A stretch of 63,156 nt of DNA, counting the filler, from Folioceros fuciformis (lineage: Eukaryota): the NCBI GenBank assembly GCA_049999805.1. It is 5 parts of 5 records of this genome, joined end to end, with 100 filler letters (N's around TTAATTAATTAA, not from the genome) between each part and the next. Parts side by side here need not be neighbours in the genome. Positions count along the whole stretch, not along the records: positions 61,188 to 63,156 come from JBNGIO010005747.1; 4 more parts are not named here. One strand, 5' to 3'. The translations under genes and the position numbers were made by a program. The notes beneath the pieces are model-generated. The model was not told the origin of the DNA. It was given only the letters and a program-made list of their open reading frames with translations, and did not search any database. Positions within the stretch are counted from its first letter, which is position 1; each line of letters opens with the position of its first letter. Positions 62,569 through 63,156 of the stretch are shown here, in pieces.

Positions 62569-63156
62569 ATGGAAGATGGAGGTGGAGACCAAACTCAGAC
62601 CACTAAGGTGAGGAGGCGCAAGACTCACCCTCGCGATGCGGCGATAAGTGGCGTGCCGGATTGCCTCTGATGCATCTGCTGGTTATGGATGCAGACGGGG
62701 AACGACAGCGGCCAGCAGCATCCGCAGGGTGCAAAAAGGTCGGTGACAAAGGGCCAGCTCGAGAAGTTGAAAGGCGAGCAGCAAACGGTGATAGCCGTGT
62801 CCGCCTTGGTCATCACGCTCGCATTTTCCGGCGCGCTGCAGCCTCCTGAAAAACGAATTCGTTGCGCTCGGATCGGCTAATCTGCTGGGTTCGGACCCGT
62901 CGGTTTTCTGGTTGTTCTTGTGGGCAAATGGCTTCGCCATGGCGGCTGCTTCTTTCACTATCTTCATCTTGGTCTCGTTCAAGGCCGATACGGATACGCA
63001 AGCCATGTGGATTCGGGGGGCTAGGTTAGTGCTCTGCTTTATTTCTATCCAGTGCTTCATGGGTGCATTTTGTGGTGCGGTGTGGATTATCGTAGGCAAG
63101 CGGCACGACAAGATCATACCCTTCCTCGTCGGTGCGTTCATGCTTGATCTCGGCTT
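62569..63156 (+). CDS. PGG-domain-like multi-pass membrane protein with no ankyrin repeats visible; apparent +1 frameshift near 62850; runs off the window
   Basis: Exon 62569-62607, GT-AG intron 62608-62694, then QTVIAVSALVITLAFSGALQPP; next frame continues VFWLFLWANGFAMAAAS...LCFISIQCFMGAFCGAVWII. Confidence 0.62.

Overview
Eukaryotic nuclear DNA from a compact, gene-dense land-plant genome with short GT-AG introns of about 80-120 nt. An axonemal inner-arm dynein implies a lineage with flagellated sperm; a bryophyte such as a hornwort, or a lycophyte, is my inference only. Host genes: class I RSL bHLH, NPP-type purple acid phosphatase, an RDR1/2-like RNA-dependent RNA polymerase pseudogene, a conserved putative plastid protein, a UGNT1-like nucleotide-sugar transporter, an 11S legumin-like bicupin, an ERN/RAP2.11-like AP2/ERF, an orphan His/Arg/Gly/Pro-rich tandem-repeat protein, the 3' part of a dynein heavy chain, and a PGG-domain membrane protein. 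Transposons: a decayed pogo-like element, four related Ty1/Copia elements (two apparently nested), a fragment resembling Tad1/I-group LINEs, and a PIF/Harbinger remnant. Four N gaps contain an artificial TTAATTAATTAA linker, so adjacency across them is unproven. Best leads: the orphan His-rich repeat protein, internal tRNA-iMet-complementary sites linked to the Copia elements, an extra antisense ORF in a Copia 3' region, the non-plant-type LINE, and RY/G-box motifs upstream of a storage-globulin gene in a probably seed-free plant. All family assignments come from motif recall, not database searches.
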